A model generated the notes under the pieces. The model worked only from the letters and a program-made list of their open reading frames with translations. It was not told where the DNA came from and made no database searches. A DNA stretch of 64,000 nt. It comes from Antedon mediterranea (Eukaryota; Animalia; Echinodermata). Below are positions 1-30,501 of this stretch, piece after piece. The stretch is from assembly GCF_964355755.1 (NCBI RefSeq), contig NC_092675.1, forward strand, positions 27,934,912-27,998,911, read 5' to 3'. Every line of letters starts with the position of its first letter. Positions within the stretch are counted from its first letter, which is position 1. A program made the translations under genes and the position numbers.

Positions 1-10757
<10,757 letters not shown>

Positions 10758-11552
10758 AAATGTTGAATTATCGTAGAAAGTATTATATTGTGCCTGGAGA
10801 AATTAAAGATATTTGAACCTGCCTTATTCATATGCTGCACTATGTGTTGTTGTTTGTGAATGTTAGTGTCTGAAGATACAATAGTGCTGTTTAAAAGAAT
10901 GTTTGATTTGTTTAGAAAATTGACTTTTCTGTTATGTTGTGAATAATATGTGCGTAATCTCAGAGTAGAGGTACTTATGACGACCATACCGACTCACACA
11001 CACACACACACTTCAGTTGGTGGTGATCATGCGATATGCCATTTTTTTAACGCGGGTGGGGGAGGGGGGAGTAAAGACTTTCTGAGTGAGTGCAATAAAG
11101 CACATAGTGTGTGGGTGTGTGTTTGTTTTATAATTTTTCTTTTGTTTAAAAGTATTAATGACCGACCAAGTTGTGATAAAATGGTCATATGTCACAATCT
11201 ATTTGTTATATAATAAGGTGAAACCTACTGTTGTTTGTAACTTTTTAATATTTTTTTGAAAACTTGTTTTAAATGAACACCTAAAAAAACTAACACGCAC
11301 TAAGTATTGCATGTTCTTTTAGTATTATAGTATTATCTTTATGAAACTAACTGTCAACAATATGACTAGCCCATAAATTCTTAAGTTAAAAATTTCTTTT
11401 TTTTGTCAATATTATTAATCTCAAAAGCAAAATAAGCAATATACTCTTTTAACATTTTACTAATTATGCAAGTCATTACTAACTGCCTTATCACCTCAAA
11501 ACCAAATGTTTTGACCAAAGTTTAAATACACATTTAACAATGTATATAAGAT

Positions 11553-11705
11553 TTTGTTTATTTTATTATAGAAGTAACTATTGAACATTATTGTATCAAA
11601 TTGTCAAATTGTGTTTGTTTATTTTATTATAGAAGTAATTATTGAACATTATTGTAGCAAATTGCGTTTGTTTATCTTATAGCCTAGAAGTAATTAGTAT
11701 TGAAC
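11553..11705. repeat. Tandem repeat, about 3 copies of a 55-60 bp unit, in the probable DOCK 3' UTR
   Basis: TTTGTTTATTTTATTATAGAAGTAA(C/T)TATTGAAC repeated three times. Confidence 0.7.
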
Positions 11706-13648
11706 GAACAAAAATTGTTTTTTTTTATTAAAGTATATAAGTAATCAGGTTATTAAAAACATATTTTATAATGTTATTTTATAATATGAGGCGTTAATTT
11801 ATCTAAGATTGTTATATAGGTGCCAATAAAAAACAAATATATTTTCTTTAGATACATAAACTAATATCCAATCATGTAACTGGGTCAAATAATCTAATAT
11901 TAATATTTGACCTAGAAAATTGTTATAACCTAACATGGAAGTACTGTTGTCTTAGAAAACACCAGTGTCATAGATAATTGAATATTCTTAAAGTATTTTT
12001 AATGATTTATTATTATTATGCATAAATGAAAACTATAGGTTATCAAAGAATTATAGACAAATTATTTTGCAAATTAACATATGAAGCAATGACAACCAAT
12101 ATAAGTATACAATTACTGATTTGGCCATAATTCCACCCTAGTGGTGCGTATGAAAGGTTCCTTGAGAGTATAAAGTAAAACATTGCATTTAGTCCTTTGG
12201 TATAAGCCCCTCCTCAAAGTGGGTTACACCCACCTCAATATAGTACCTTTAATTCCTATTTTTAAATGATAAAGTAGAAGCCTTTCTGCCAATACTGTCC
12301 CAAACCATAAACCAAAGCACATAATATGCCTTTAATATTGACCTGTCATTACTCTAATATTACTGTGGGGTGTCAAAATAATTCACAATGCAAATAAATC
12401 AGTTATAATCCATAGTAATATGTTAATAATCTTTATTGGAAAAAGACACCTTTATATCAAGTGGCACTTGTGTCAACAGTGCGTCCTTACAAGGTGAATA
12501 TAACAAGAAATAATCTTCAACCTTAGTAGAGCAAGTAAATTACAGATAACCACTTATATATTTATAAATAAGTGTAATATTTTATTTATAGGAATCATTG
12601 TTTTTTTTTATATACAGTATTGTTGTTTTTAAACAATTTACAATTGTCTTTATTAAGAGATACATTACATACATGTTTTCAATGTCTGCCTAGTCGTATC
12701 AAACGAGTTGACGTGCCCAAATATGATATGATGTCATCCACTGTGTCCATATATGGGCACATAAAGTTTGAAAGTGTAGACGAAGCTTAAATCATAAGTA
12801 ATTTGGTGCTGTGAATATTTTCTTTATGTTGTACAGTTCGTGGTATACCATACCTTAGTCAAGCTTTTATTTAACAGCAGCATTTAATTAATGCCTTTAG
12901 TATTTATTTTGTATTATTTTGCAATCAATTAATGTATATACATTCATGCTTCATAAAATAAATAACATTACAGATTTTTGATTACTGTTTTTAATTGTCT
13001 AACTTCCAAGTAGTAAAATTGCATCCTTATTTTAAAATAATACCATAAAGTCTCGCGTTGTCTACAGTACATATATCAAGCAGAAACCAACTCATGATTT
13101 TCTCATTGTTCAGCAAATCATAGAACTCGACACAAAGGGACCCTTAGGGGAGTAGAAAGTTGTGGTATGTGTCGTCTACACCTGTGTGCAATTCAGCCCA
13201 GTAGGCTGCAAGTCACAGGTTATTCCCCCATTTACATTTACAAGCATTTTGAACCATATTCAAGAGGCAGATGTCCATATCTTATTTGTTGCCCTATTAT
13301 TATTTCATTCTCATAAGTTCCCAATAAAAAAACAGATACAATACAAACATCTTCATAAAGGCATATTGTGTTTATCTACACAAAATTTGGTTCTTTAGAT
13401 AAAAAGGTTTAACATTTAGTACTCCTTAGATAAAAATTTCTTAATAAATAATTTGGTCAATCAAAATTATCATAATCATATCACAAAAATATACGGTATA
13501 TAGATCTACTTAAAACACCTTGTGTATCTTTTCATTGGATGATCACGTATTTTCACGATTAGGTGTTACAGGTTCAGGAGTCGTAAAAATGTTGAGAATA
13601 TTATGCAAGGCCTGTAGTAGGCTCCATTTCAGCACAAATAGGAATCAT

Positions 13649-19147
<5,499 letters not shown>

Positions 19148-22100
19148 ATGGAAAAGAAGAAAAGTAGATCTGTTGCAAGCACAGGAAAGATCAAAATGAA
19201 AAAGAAGTTTGCCAAGCAAGGTAAAGTGAAGAAAGAAAATAGGAGTGCAAAGAAATCAACTTCTGGAATAAAGAAAAAGAAAGACAAAACGTTTGAGGAA
19301 AAATCTGAAAAGTTTGTGAAAATGGACTTTGAAGAAATGGTGGCTGCAGAAGGAGATGACAATGAAGAGGAAATAGAAGCTAAGGAATTAAAAGAAGCAA
19401 AGAGGGAGAAAGGAGACAAGCTGGAAAAAGGAAAGAAACGAAAAGCAGAAGGTATTATTAATGAAATAAAGTGCTATTTTTGGTGGATCAGACCTTGATT
19501 TATAAATATAAGAGGAGAGCTCCTAATGGCTCTCCTCAATATGTTGAGGAGAGCCATTATTTTGATTAAGTATTCGAGGCACAGGCCCACCATGGTTGGG
19601 CCTGTGGCGAGCCGAATTTTGATAAATGACACCTCTAGATGGCCGGAAATGGTACTCTCGCAGCTCGCACGTAAAATTCATCGTAGGTCATTGTTCTCTG
19701 AACGTAGTCTACGAATACGATTTATTGTTATGATAATTATCTATGCGTCGATTGTAGGGTGGTTCGTAGAATCGTAGGGTTAGCAAACACCATTGTCATC
19801 GCCTTTAGAAGCATGGACAATGCAAACTATTGTTTGCTAATTAAAATCCTATCTAAAGATAGTAGACGTCAATTTTTGTAGCCACCCTAGCTAGGCCTAC
19901 GCATCGGTTATCCTAATTTGGACAGAAATCCGCCGACGAGACAACATCGGGTCCGTGGACCTCAGCTCACGCAGAGAGAGAGTCAAGGCTATCTAGGCCT
20001 AGTCTAGTTTCGGCGGCCTACACTATAAATTATTTAATCCTACCTTGGGTTAGCGAATTATAAAAACAACGACACCTAGACTAGGACACCAACAAAATAA
20101 ATATATATTCCATATATTATTAATTACTTTAAGATTTAACATAAAGGCCTTTTAAAATGATTACGACATGTGTATAAGAAAAGGCCCGACCAGAATTTGG
20201 AGGGGAAAACATGTGAGCAGATCAGAGAGAGTATTATGTTTCATGTCATGTGACACAAAATCCAGGTACACGATCTTAATTACTGTTTATCGTCGGCAGC
20301 CACCCTCTCGTACTGAGTTTAAAAAAAACATGTGAGATGTTGCGGTAAAGCAGAGAGTATCGCGTTTCATGCCATGTGACCAAAAAAATTAGGTCTGTAC
20401 AATTACGGTCTTCTGTCGGCAGTCTTTTTGAGCGACCGATTGAACGTTCTGATACTATATTTAGAATGAATTGTTTACGATATTTTTCTCGCAACATCAA
20501 AGATCGTTTGCGCGCCTAGCCTATCGGGGGTAGCCATAACAAAGATCGTTATAGGCTAGACTGCGTGTTGTATTCGGGGTTAATATTCTTATCAGAGCGC
20601 CAAGGAGCGTCAGCGCCATGGCGCTCCTTTTAAATCAAGGTCTGGTGGATATAAAAAAAAATGTTGATTTTACTGTGAAAAGAAACCAATCTTTACAAAT
20701 ATCATTAATGAATAATAACATAACGATTGAAGGTATTTATTTTGTATTATTGTCAACAGATTCAGATAAACCAGATCTTTTGCAAATGAGTAAGAAACAG
20801 CGAAAAGATGTACGCAAACAAGTGAAAACAAACTATGAATTGTCTCAGAAAACCAAGAAAATGTGGGAAGTCTTAAGACAGTAAGTTATTTAATAAACAA
20901 ATTCATCTTTTATTATCTTTATTTATTATATTAATTATTATTTATTTATCTTCAGTAAAAGAGGTCAGACAGTGGCTGTGTGTGTACTAGTATAGTACAT
21001 CAGGGTAACCCCCTACTCGTCTCGAAAGATATACTACTACTCTTTAAGGTGCACATGAGCTAGATGTGTACACTGGACCTAAATTTTTACAGCCCTTAAT
21101 CTGAAAAAAACTTGTTCTACTGTACCACCAGAACCATGGAGCGAGTGAGCCTCTAACCCTTGGCTACATAATTACGGTTCAACTGCTCGGCCACTCACTC
21201 GCTTGTTTACTCACAGCATAACTACTAATAATCACAGTCTCTATTGTTCAGTAGTTTCTTTTGTTGGTCCAGTGTTACTGTACCTCTTTAAAACGTTGTG
21301 ACAGCGTTGTTCCATACCAATATATTTCTAACTTTCTTAAGGTCTAAAAGTTTCCAAATTGTTACTATTAAAAACACATACTAGACATATTAGTCTAGCA
21401 CAAGTGTGTCCGGTAATGGGACAGTTGACTTTCAACAACATAACATTACCATACAATTTTTTTTAAATGTACAGTATAATATTTAATTAAAAATATAAAA
21501 CACATGGGCTTTACTTAACTTTATTTATTTTATTTTTTTCAGAGAAAAATGTAGCAAAGAAAAGCGTAAAGAAATCCTTGACGAATTAAAAGAACTTGTC
21601 AAAGGAAAAGTGTTAGAGGTACAGTACATATTTGGGCACATCATACTTTTTTTTGTCAAACAGTTACTGCATTATATGTCTGTATGAGTGTCTAAACCAT
21701 TTCTTTCTAAATAAATCTGATAAATTTAATGATATATTTTGTTGTAGCTTGTGTATGCTCATGATTCTGTGCGTGTAGTACAATGTTGTTTAAAGTTTGG
21801 AGATGGAAGTTTACGTACTGACATGTTTAATGAGGTTAAAGGTTAGTCATTGATAACAATATGTATAATAATTAAATTTTTATTAGTCCAATATAAATGT
21901 TAAGTACTGCCCTCTACGTGTAGCACAATGTTAAAGTTTGAAGATGAAATCTATATGTTTAATCCGGTTAAAGATTAGTAATTGGTATAACATTTATTTA
22001 CTAATTTGATTACTATAATATAACATATTTAATACTGCCCTCTATACATGTAGCACAATGTTTAAAGTTTAAAGATGAAATCTTTGTGCTAACCAGTTTA

Positions 22101-25100
22101 ATCAGGTTAAAGATTAGTAATTGGTAAAAAATGTATTTACAAATTTGATTAGTCTAATATAAATGTTTAATACTGCCCTCTACGTGTAGCACAATGTTAA
22201 AGTTTGAAGATGAAATCTATATGTTTAATCCGGTTAAAGATTACAGTAGTAATTGGTATAACATTTATTTACTAATTTTATTAGTCTAATATAAATACTG
22301 CCCTCTGTATGTCAATTTTGACGAAGAAATCTTTGTACTAACCAGTTTAATCCGGTTAAATTAAAGATTAGTGATATAATATTTACTAATTTGATTACTA
22401 TGATATAACATGTTGAATACTCCCTCTATGCATTTAGAACAATGATAAAGTTTGTAGGTGGATGTCTATGATGTATATGTTTAATAATGATGTTAAAGGT
22501 TTAACATTAAAGCATTGGTTACATTTTATTATTTGCAATTACAGTTATTTTATTAAACTTTAAATAATATACAATGTTGAATAATCCCTCTATCATGATC
22601 ATGTATAAAGTTATACTGTAAATTGTTTTATACAATGTACTTATATTGTTTTATTTTCTATCTTTTTTAATAAAAAATAATATGTTTCAAAAATAAAACC
22701 TACATTAATAATAACAATATTGTGTGGATAATATTGTGATTATTACATGTATGTTTTATTATATTATTAAAAACATATACCATTACCAGACATATTAGGC
22801 TAACCCAAGAGTCTAGTTCATTTCAATGTGAAGCGCCTTGTCACTTAAGTTAAAAGCGCTATATAAATTATTATTATTTAATGGGACAGTTGACTTTATA
22901 AGGATAATATTGTGATTATTATGTATGTTTTATTATTTCACAGATCATATCCTAAATATGTCGAAATGCAAGTATGCTAAATTTTTTGTGAAGCAAATGT
23001 TACGATACGGAACCAAGGAACAGCGCAATCATATAATGATTGCATTTCACGGTAGCGTATGTAAAATGGTCCGACACAAAGAAGCGTCAGAAGTAATTGA
23101 GATGGCGTACAATAACCATGCAAATTTAAAACAGAGATTGAAATTACTTGAAGAGTTCTATGGTCCTTCATTTGCTGTATTTAAGGTACTATAAATACAA
23201 ACAATTTTAATAATTCCAAAAATAATTTAAAAAGAAATAAATAAATTTTCTACTGACAAACTCAAGCAAATTTTGTTCCGAAGTACTCTTAAAGCTTGAT
23301 TCCCACTTGGATGTAACGTAACGACGTCGCATCACCACAAATAATGACCAATTATGACGCGGTGGATCAAGTGGGAACCAAGCTTAGGCTTAACAAATTG
23401 TGTTTCTACTATATAAAATAATTAAACACAAAATCGGTTAATCTGTGAGAGAATCTGTGACAATATATCTTATTCACAAGCTGCAAATTTGGTTTACTTT
23501 ACAGAAAGAAGGCATTGAGAGTCTGGATGATATTATTAAGGCAGAGCCTGAGAAGAAACGTCAAATCACAGAATTCATGGCAAATACACTAACATCTATG
23601 ATAGACAAGTGAGGATTATTATTAATTAATTAATTTTTATATATAAGTTTTTACAAACACAGTACAAGGTAGAACAATAACAATGTTCAATTATCAATTT
23701 TTGTGTATTAATTTGTTTATTTTTCTCTTGCAGGACTGTTATTAAACATAGTTTAATACACAAAGTTTTGTATGATTTCTTTCTACACGCAAGACCACAG
23801 CTGAGATCAGTAAGTAGGCATATTTTGGTGTAAAATAATACATTTTGTATTAAATGTAGCAATCCATTCACACACAAGTGAGACTTAATACGTGACCACA
23901 ACCTAATCTTTCTCTTAATATGCTCATCAATTTTTATGTAAATGGTTTTCTTTTTTACTTAAAAGGCTGATAAAGATAACGATTCATTGCCGTAATGATA
24001 AAAATAAGTATTTATTAGTACTTTAAGGTTTAAAAAACAGTGATTTGTTTTGCTTTTATTTCTAAAATGATGAAATTAAAGAAAACCAAAAATGTTTTAT
24101 ATGAGTATCTCTTACTATTTGTTTTATAATGACATATTTTAATATGTTTTTCATGTGAAAACTAAAGTTATTGGAGCATAATTATAATAAAGATATTAAA
24201 TTATGATAATTATTATTATAATTGCACATTATAACTACAATAACTTTATCAGGTGTATTTCATTTTAGATTTACAGGAACTTTTGGTTTTGTTTTAATAT
24301 TATTTACTGTACATACTGTTATGAAATATATAATCTATCTATAAATTTAGTACAATGTGTATTAATGTTTAGATGGCGTGACAGTCAAAGATATTAAATT
24401 TAAGTTTTCTTTTTAACAACTTTCTCATTAAATTTCAGTTTTCGTTTTCATTTTTCATACCATAAATTTTCTGTGTCTAAATATTGATACAGACATGTAA
24501 ATGTTTGACCAAAATAAATTGTACCAGCTTTTTAGTACCCTCTGATTTTAAGCATTTTATTTATAATTAGTCATACGCAATTTGATTTTATTTAATAGAT
24601 CAGCAAAATGATAAATGTTTTGTATTCATTGAATGGGGAAAGTATCATAAGTTGAAATATTGACTGTTGAAATATTCAAAGAAGTAAAAACTATTATTTC
24701 TATATTAATTATACTTTTTTTTATATTTTTAAAGGACATGATAGAATCCATAAGAGAGGTCGTAGTTCAAATTCTTCACACACACGATGGTGCTCGTGTT
24801 GCTATGCAGTGTATTTGGCATGGCACAGCAAAGGTATAAATATATTATAACATATACACAGGCGGTATCCACATAGTCACATCATCAAGAGAGAGATTAA
24901 ATCTAAAGCCAGTTTTCCAATAAGCCATCAAACATTGATTGATTTTTTGTGCATTCTTTACCATCACAAAAATTATAAAGTGCATACAAATGGAAAGAAA
25001 CCAGTGATGTAAAGCCGAAAGTGATTCCAACAGGAGGGGGAACCAACAAGATGGTGGCTGTAAATGTGTTCAAAAACATTATTTAATATAAAAAATCTAA

Positions 25101-28100
25101 TATAATACATTAAAAGGTGCGGGGAAAAAATTTCTATTGATCATACATTCCAATAATTATCGATCTATAGTTTCCCCTATGTTTCATAATTTTTGGGATT
25201 TTATTTGTGTTAAACAAGCTTGTTGAAAATAAACACTTTCTTATCAGTGGGGGGATAGTTCAAATTACACAGTAAAATCTCTATTCTTTTGTACACAAAT
25301 TTTGTAAATAGAGAGGCATTTTAAAAAGCTATGAAAATAAACGGTGTGGTAAAAAAGTTAATACTAAATATAGGTAAAATAACTTGAATTTTACATTTCT
25401 AGTACTTTTATTCAACTTCACATTTTTTTTCATGCTATAGGAAAAATTATCCACCGTATATCCACATCTTTTTTCACCTTCTAGGGAGTCACCAGACATG
25501 TTATTACAATAGGTTAAAATACCTAACTACTGAAAAAAGGTCTTCCTGGTTTTTATAGCAGAATTTTGCCAAATTTTGTATTTGACCATATTAAGGGAAA
25601 TTCATGTTTTTTCATCTTGATTTCTGTTACAAATATTTGATTTATGTACAATTAACCAGATATTATATTTAAAATTCATGCCTGTATCTGAGCTTTAAGA
25701 CCACATAAATTACAACACATATTCTTGCCAAAGCACAGTGAAATTTTTATAAAATTAAATATATTGTTAAGCACAATGGAATTAATAATTTCTTAGTAAT
25801 CTAGAATTTTTTTGTATGCGAGGATCGTATAGAATGCGTTCGCGTTATACGCTTAACACGCTGTGTTGCGTATCGTTCTCACGCAGATAGGCTCAACACA
25901 AGCGTATAGCAGGGCATATCTGATTGGTCGATTACAGCCGCCATCTTGTTGGTTCTCTCTCCATGGAGAATCACTTTTTGAACTGCGATAACATTGTTCT
26001 TTGCAATCTAGCCTTCGGCTATATAAATCTTTGAAAGAAACTCAAATAGATTCCCTTATAGTCGAAAACAGGCTTTAGACAAAGGTTGTACAAAAATCAA
26101 ACACACATTATAATAGTCCAATTTCACTAATGTTTTGAACAAATACTTAACTCATGTCAGTTTATTTTATTTTCTGGTTTTTATGTTAAGTATGTCCATC
26201 AACAAGCTGAATTCCAATTTATAGCATAGCATCTGCATAATTTATAAAATAAAGCATTTAATTATACACATTTAATTGTTGTTAATAACTTGGTAATTTA
26301 TTATTTGAATTGATGTAGGATCGTAAGGTTATTATGAAATCTTTCAAGACGTATGTTTCCAAGATATGTCGTGAGGAGTACGGCCATTGGGTCATGTTGG
26401 CATTGTTTGATTCAGTTGACGATACAAAGCTTTTGGCAAAGATTATTCTGACGGTATGTGTTATTAATTAATTGAAATATCCCAGAAGTCAAAATGATAA
26501 GCATAGCAGTGAGATAGTTTTTGAATTTTTACAACTTTATAAAACACAAAACTTGCATCTAGGTTTGGCCCTCAAAGAAGTAATTGGCTGGTAACTGCTT
26601 TACATTGCATAAAGTTGTAAAAGAAACTTATGAACAAATATTAATTACATTTTAATTGTTAATGTCATATATTACAGTATATATGATTTATAATGGCTTA
26701 AATGAAATCAGAACCTTTATTTCACTAAACAAAAATAGAGTATGCATGTACATATAGTACATTATATTTTTTATTTATTCAATTTTCTGCCATATACAAT
26801 ACAAAGAAGACAAAACAAATAAAAGGCAAGGAAATACCAAACAGGTGCTAAACACCTATGATAGTTGGTCAACCCAGAACAGAGCACAGAAATAAAACAA
26901 AAACAATTTATTTTCTACAATTAAAGCATCTACAAGAAAGCGACCAACTACACATACACATTATATGGAACATAATGCTGATTTCTATTTACTGTACCTA
27001 CAAGAATTAGGTAGATTGTAACAGCATTGTGTTGCAAAAAGTAAATATGATTAGTGATAATTGTGTCATAAATACTGATAGTGATTTTACTAAACAAATA
27101 AATTTGGTACTTGCTATTAACCATTATAGGGAGGTTTCGCAACCTTACGAATACGATAACGAAAACAGATACGTCATACATTTGTGAAACTTTTGAGCTG
27201 ATCCCCATTTCATATTCGTAAGGCGTATTCGTGTTGACGAATATCACCAGTCATATTCGTAACTACAAAACGAGTATAGTTTTTGATCTATTTGCACATT
27301 TTGCATTTGAATCAGGAATGATTCTAGATTATAATATAATTATAGATTTATTGAAAGTAATTTACTAAAGTAATTTACTAAAATGCCAAGTCAATTTTGA
27401 TAAATAGCAGTTTTTAAAGTCCTCACTCGCTTTGATGTTACGCTAGGCCTAGGCAGCCAAGCACCACCAAGCAACACGTACCTGCGCTTCGCTCAAATTT
27501 ACCGCAGTCATATTTTGGACGCGCCTCAATATTTCGTTGCCATGCGAAACAGATTTTTTTATGACTTACGTAAACAAATACGTGTGCGTGACGTATCCGT
27601 TTTCCTTATCGTATTCGTAAGATTGCGAAACCTCTCTAATGTTAGACTTTAGACACCTTTTATGGATGATATGAATTTTTTTATATAATACTGATGTTTT
27701 TACTCCAATGGGTACAAAACCTTGATATTTTTTTAATACATTATCTATTTTTCAATAATTTTAAGTGTATGTAAATGTATACATTTTTTACTGCTATTTT
27801 AAAATGTTAAATAATGATATATTCAATTAAAAAATAATAATTACATGTCATATATTACAGTATATATGATTTATAATTAATTAATGGCTTAAATGAAATC
27901 AGAACCTTTATTTAATATTATAGGAAATGATGAAGTGTTTAAGTGAAATCTGTGAAGATCAATATGGTAGAAAGGTGTTGTTGTACATCCTGTGTCACAG
28001 ACATCAACAACACTTCCATCCTCACATCATTGAATTACTGAAGAAGGGTGATGGCAATGCACATAGGTTAGTACAATTATTTATATTATATTTGTAATTG

Positions 28101-30501
28101 TTTTGAAATCATAATGATATTATCATCGTCATAATTTATATTATACTTTCATGGATAAATAACAATTGCGGAAGTTTTTATTTTTAATCCAAGTTTCAAT
28201 GTAAACAAATTTCTGATTTATTGATAATGCAAATATATTCATGACCATGTTATTTTTACATTTGTTGTACTATATTTTTGTACAAGCGGTAAAAAAGGTT
28301 TTGTTGTATAACAGTCATTTATTGCAACGCACACCATTTTTACTCCACAGAAAGTTGACTGATATAGATTGTACTTTTGTTTCAATAAAAAACAATAACA
28401 AAAATGCTTTTTGGTTTTTAATTCATGATCAATCATAGAATTCCATCAAATTGCACATAATTAATGTTGCCCAACTCTGACGTCATTAAAAAATAGGAGG
28501 TTTCCAAATAGAAAATATTATGCTTTTATGTTTGACCAACAAATGGCAGAAAGAAAGAAGAATAATATGAAAAAATAAGATGATCCTTGGCAATCACAAT
28601 GGTTATCCATTATGTGTGGATAAACAAAAAAGTCTTTGTTAAAATAATATATATTTAATCTTTTAAAGTAAGAAAGATGCAAACACTCGGAAACAAGAGT
28701 TAATAGAATCTGTTTCAAAACCATTGCTGGAACATGTAAAGAATTTTGCCAGACAACTTGTACGTAACAAACAAACATGTCTTCTTGTTACGGCCATCTA
28801 CCAAAATACTATTGGTAAGTTTTACATCACACCTTTAAACTGTTTTGTTGATGTCTAGACTATATAATATATATACTCTACATGTGATGTATTCTTAAAT
28901 TTATTTCATCTTGGACACATTCGTCAATTGGTTCAATATTCTTTATTAAAATATGAAAAATAAATACTTGGTATTATCTAAGTTTTGTCTCAGCAAAGGT
29001 AGTAAAGCATTAGATGTTTAAAACAATGAAGCATTATTAAACTTGTTACTTTTTCCAGGTGATAAGAACCCCCTAATGGAAGCTATCTGTGGGTTAGCAT
29101 CAGAAGACTTGGTAGCAGTTCCAAGAGATTCAAAAGATGCACTTGATAAGGTAATCGGCCGTGGCTAAAACAATTGTTCTTGAATTAAACTTCTTTTTTT
29201 TATTTTCCTGGATGAGGCAAGATTATTCTAATAAAGTCATCTTTAAGAGTGTGTCAAATCTAGTTTTTAGTAAGTACCTATGGAGTTCCACTGTACATTA
29301 AATATGATGGGTTTGGTGCATTCAACTAATCTCTTCAACATTGTTTCTTTTAGATGCATATCATTGAGCATCCAGCTGGGCATTTAGTATTGAAGAAACT
29401 AATACAACTAGACAAGGACACACAAGATACAGGTTAGTAACTTAGATCAGTAGTGAAAGGTCTAGTGGATCTGCATGCAATTCTGATGATGAATGTGGAA
29501 CAGACAGATATAATCTGTCTGTTCAAGTTTAAATATCACCTTCAAAGTTGCAAAACATTTATTTACATACTGTATTCTGACAAAAGATAAGTAGGTACAA
29601 TGCAATACATTATTGATATAAGGTATGAAGGAAAGATTTAGGTTTGTTTAGCTACATGTTGATGTACCCACATCAACTGTCTGTGATAACTACACCTAAT
29701 GATAGAATGTTTTTTTGTTTTGTGTTTTTTTTACCATATTTAATGAGGGTGATCCATTCATTGCTGAACATTAGGGACCCTCAGAGGTTCACAAGATAAA
29801 TAAATATATATATATATTCAAGATGCTCTATAAACAAAGTCTTATTACAAGTCTTTGGGAGTGGAGTTGTAATTTTGTCCTTAGAAATAATCCTGACATG
29901 TTACAGGACTTGAACCCAAGACCCTTGGAGTGGTAGCCAAGCATCATAATCACCAAGCCACAACTCCACTCCATAACAGAGAATGTTAACAGATATAATG
30001 TATCTGCATCTAATAAGATATAATAATAATGTACATATTAGATAAAATATTGATTTATAATTCATTATTTTTTTACTTGATTACATAACTTGTATTTTAC
30101 TTGTAAAGCAGTTGTATAGATGGGATCTGATGTAATCGCAAAAAAATCTGCACTGTATTTTTTTTTTTTGTGTAGTTTTCTGTAAGATGTTGATTAAAAA
30201 AGTTGGCACAGATAAGATAACAACATGGAGCACTATAAACAGAGGAGCTTTTATACTTGTTAGGTGAGTGAATTCATTGATTGTTGGGCTGTCTGTCTTT
30301 TGCTTATAAATCCTTTGTCTGGGTTAATGAGAATACTTTTTGAAAAAAATAATGATTATGTGTTCATATTTCAGTTTAATGGACTGCGGAAATGATGATG
30401 TGAAAAATATTATTAAAGATGCTATGACACCTCTAATTAAGAAATTACAAAAAGCTGAGTTCAAGGGAGCTGAAGTATTGCAACAAAAATTAGAATCTTA
30501 A
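19148..30501 (+). CDS. PUM3: Pumilio homolog 3 (Puf-A/Puf6/KIAA0020), 641 aa
   Basis: 15 exons total 1926 nt and join in frame: 19148-19451, 20760-20880, 21543-21618, 21748-21841, 22944-23185, 23505-23608, 23734-23809, 24735-24833, 26319-26453, 27924-28066, 28669-28814, 29059-29150, 29354-29432, 30176-30263, 30375-30501. Lys-rich N-terminus; YAHDSVRVVQC, HTHDGARVAMQCIWHGTAKDRKVIMKSFK, FDSVDDTKL, GDGNAHSKKD, EHPAGHLVLK, NRGAFILVSL. Confidence 0.95.
19489..20644. mobile_element. Non-autonomous TIR element (CAG..CTG ends, possibly hAT-like) in PUM3 intron 1
   Basis: 14-bp TIR CAGACCTTGATTTA / TAAATCAAGGTCTG, flanked by a GTGGAT direct repeat; absent from the pseudogene copy near 48335. TSD length is ambiguous. 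Confidence 0.65.
21000..21200 (-). mobile_element. tRNA-derived SINE
   Basis: Minus strand GAGTGAGTGGCCGAGCAG...GGTTAGAGGCTCAC (A/B-box-like); body shared with the 7010 copy. Confidence 0.6.
21772..22600 (+). repeat. Degenerate minisatellite (about 125-140 bp unit, about 6 copies) derived from the PUM3 exon 4/intron 4 junction
   Basis: ACTGCCCTCT...GTAGCACAATG...AAAGTTTGAAGATG...GGTTAAAGATTAGT repeats mirror the exon end GTAGTACAATG...AAAGTTTGGAGATG...GGTTAAAG|GTTAGT. Confidence 0.75.
23292..23385. mobile_element. Small MITE
   Basis: TIR AAGCTTGATTCCCACTTG / CAAGTGGGAACCAAGCTT; a related end lies at about 62095-62111. Confidence 0.55.
25018..25978. mobile_element. Degenerate TIR element (about 1 kb) in PUM3 intron 8
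   Basis: About 50-bp inverted repeat AAAGTGATTC...GAACCAACAAGATGGTGGCTGTAA / TTACAGCCGCCATCTTGTTGGTTC...GAATCACTTT; the segment is missing from the pseudogene intron near 51780. Confidence 0.6.
27127..27638. mobile_element. MITE with about 50-bp TIR (superfamily uncertain)
   Basis: TAGGGAGGTTTCGCAACCTTACGAATACGATAACGAAAACAGATACGTCA vs TGACGTATCCGTTTTCCTTATCGTATTCGTAAGATTGCGAAACCTCTCTA. Confidence 0.75.

Noticed and set aside
10758-13648. Overlapping convergent 3' UTRs of DOCK and AK3
   Set aside because: AATAAA occurs many times by chance in this AT-rich stretch; transcript ends cannot be placed without RNA data.
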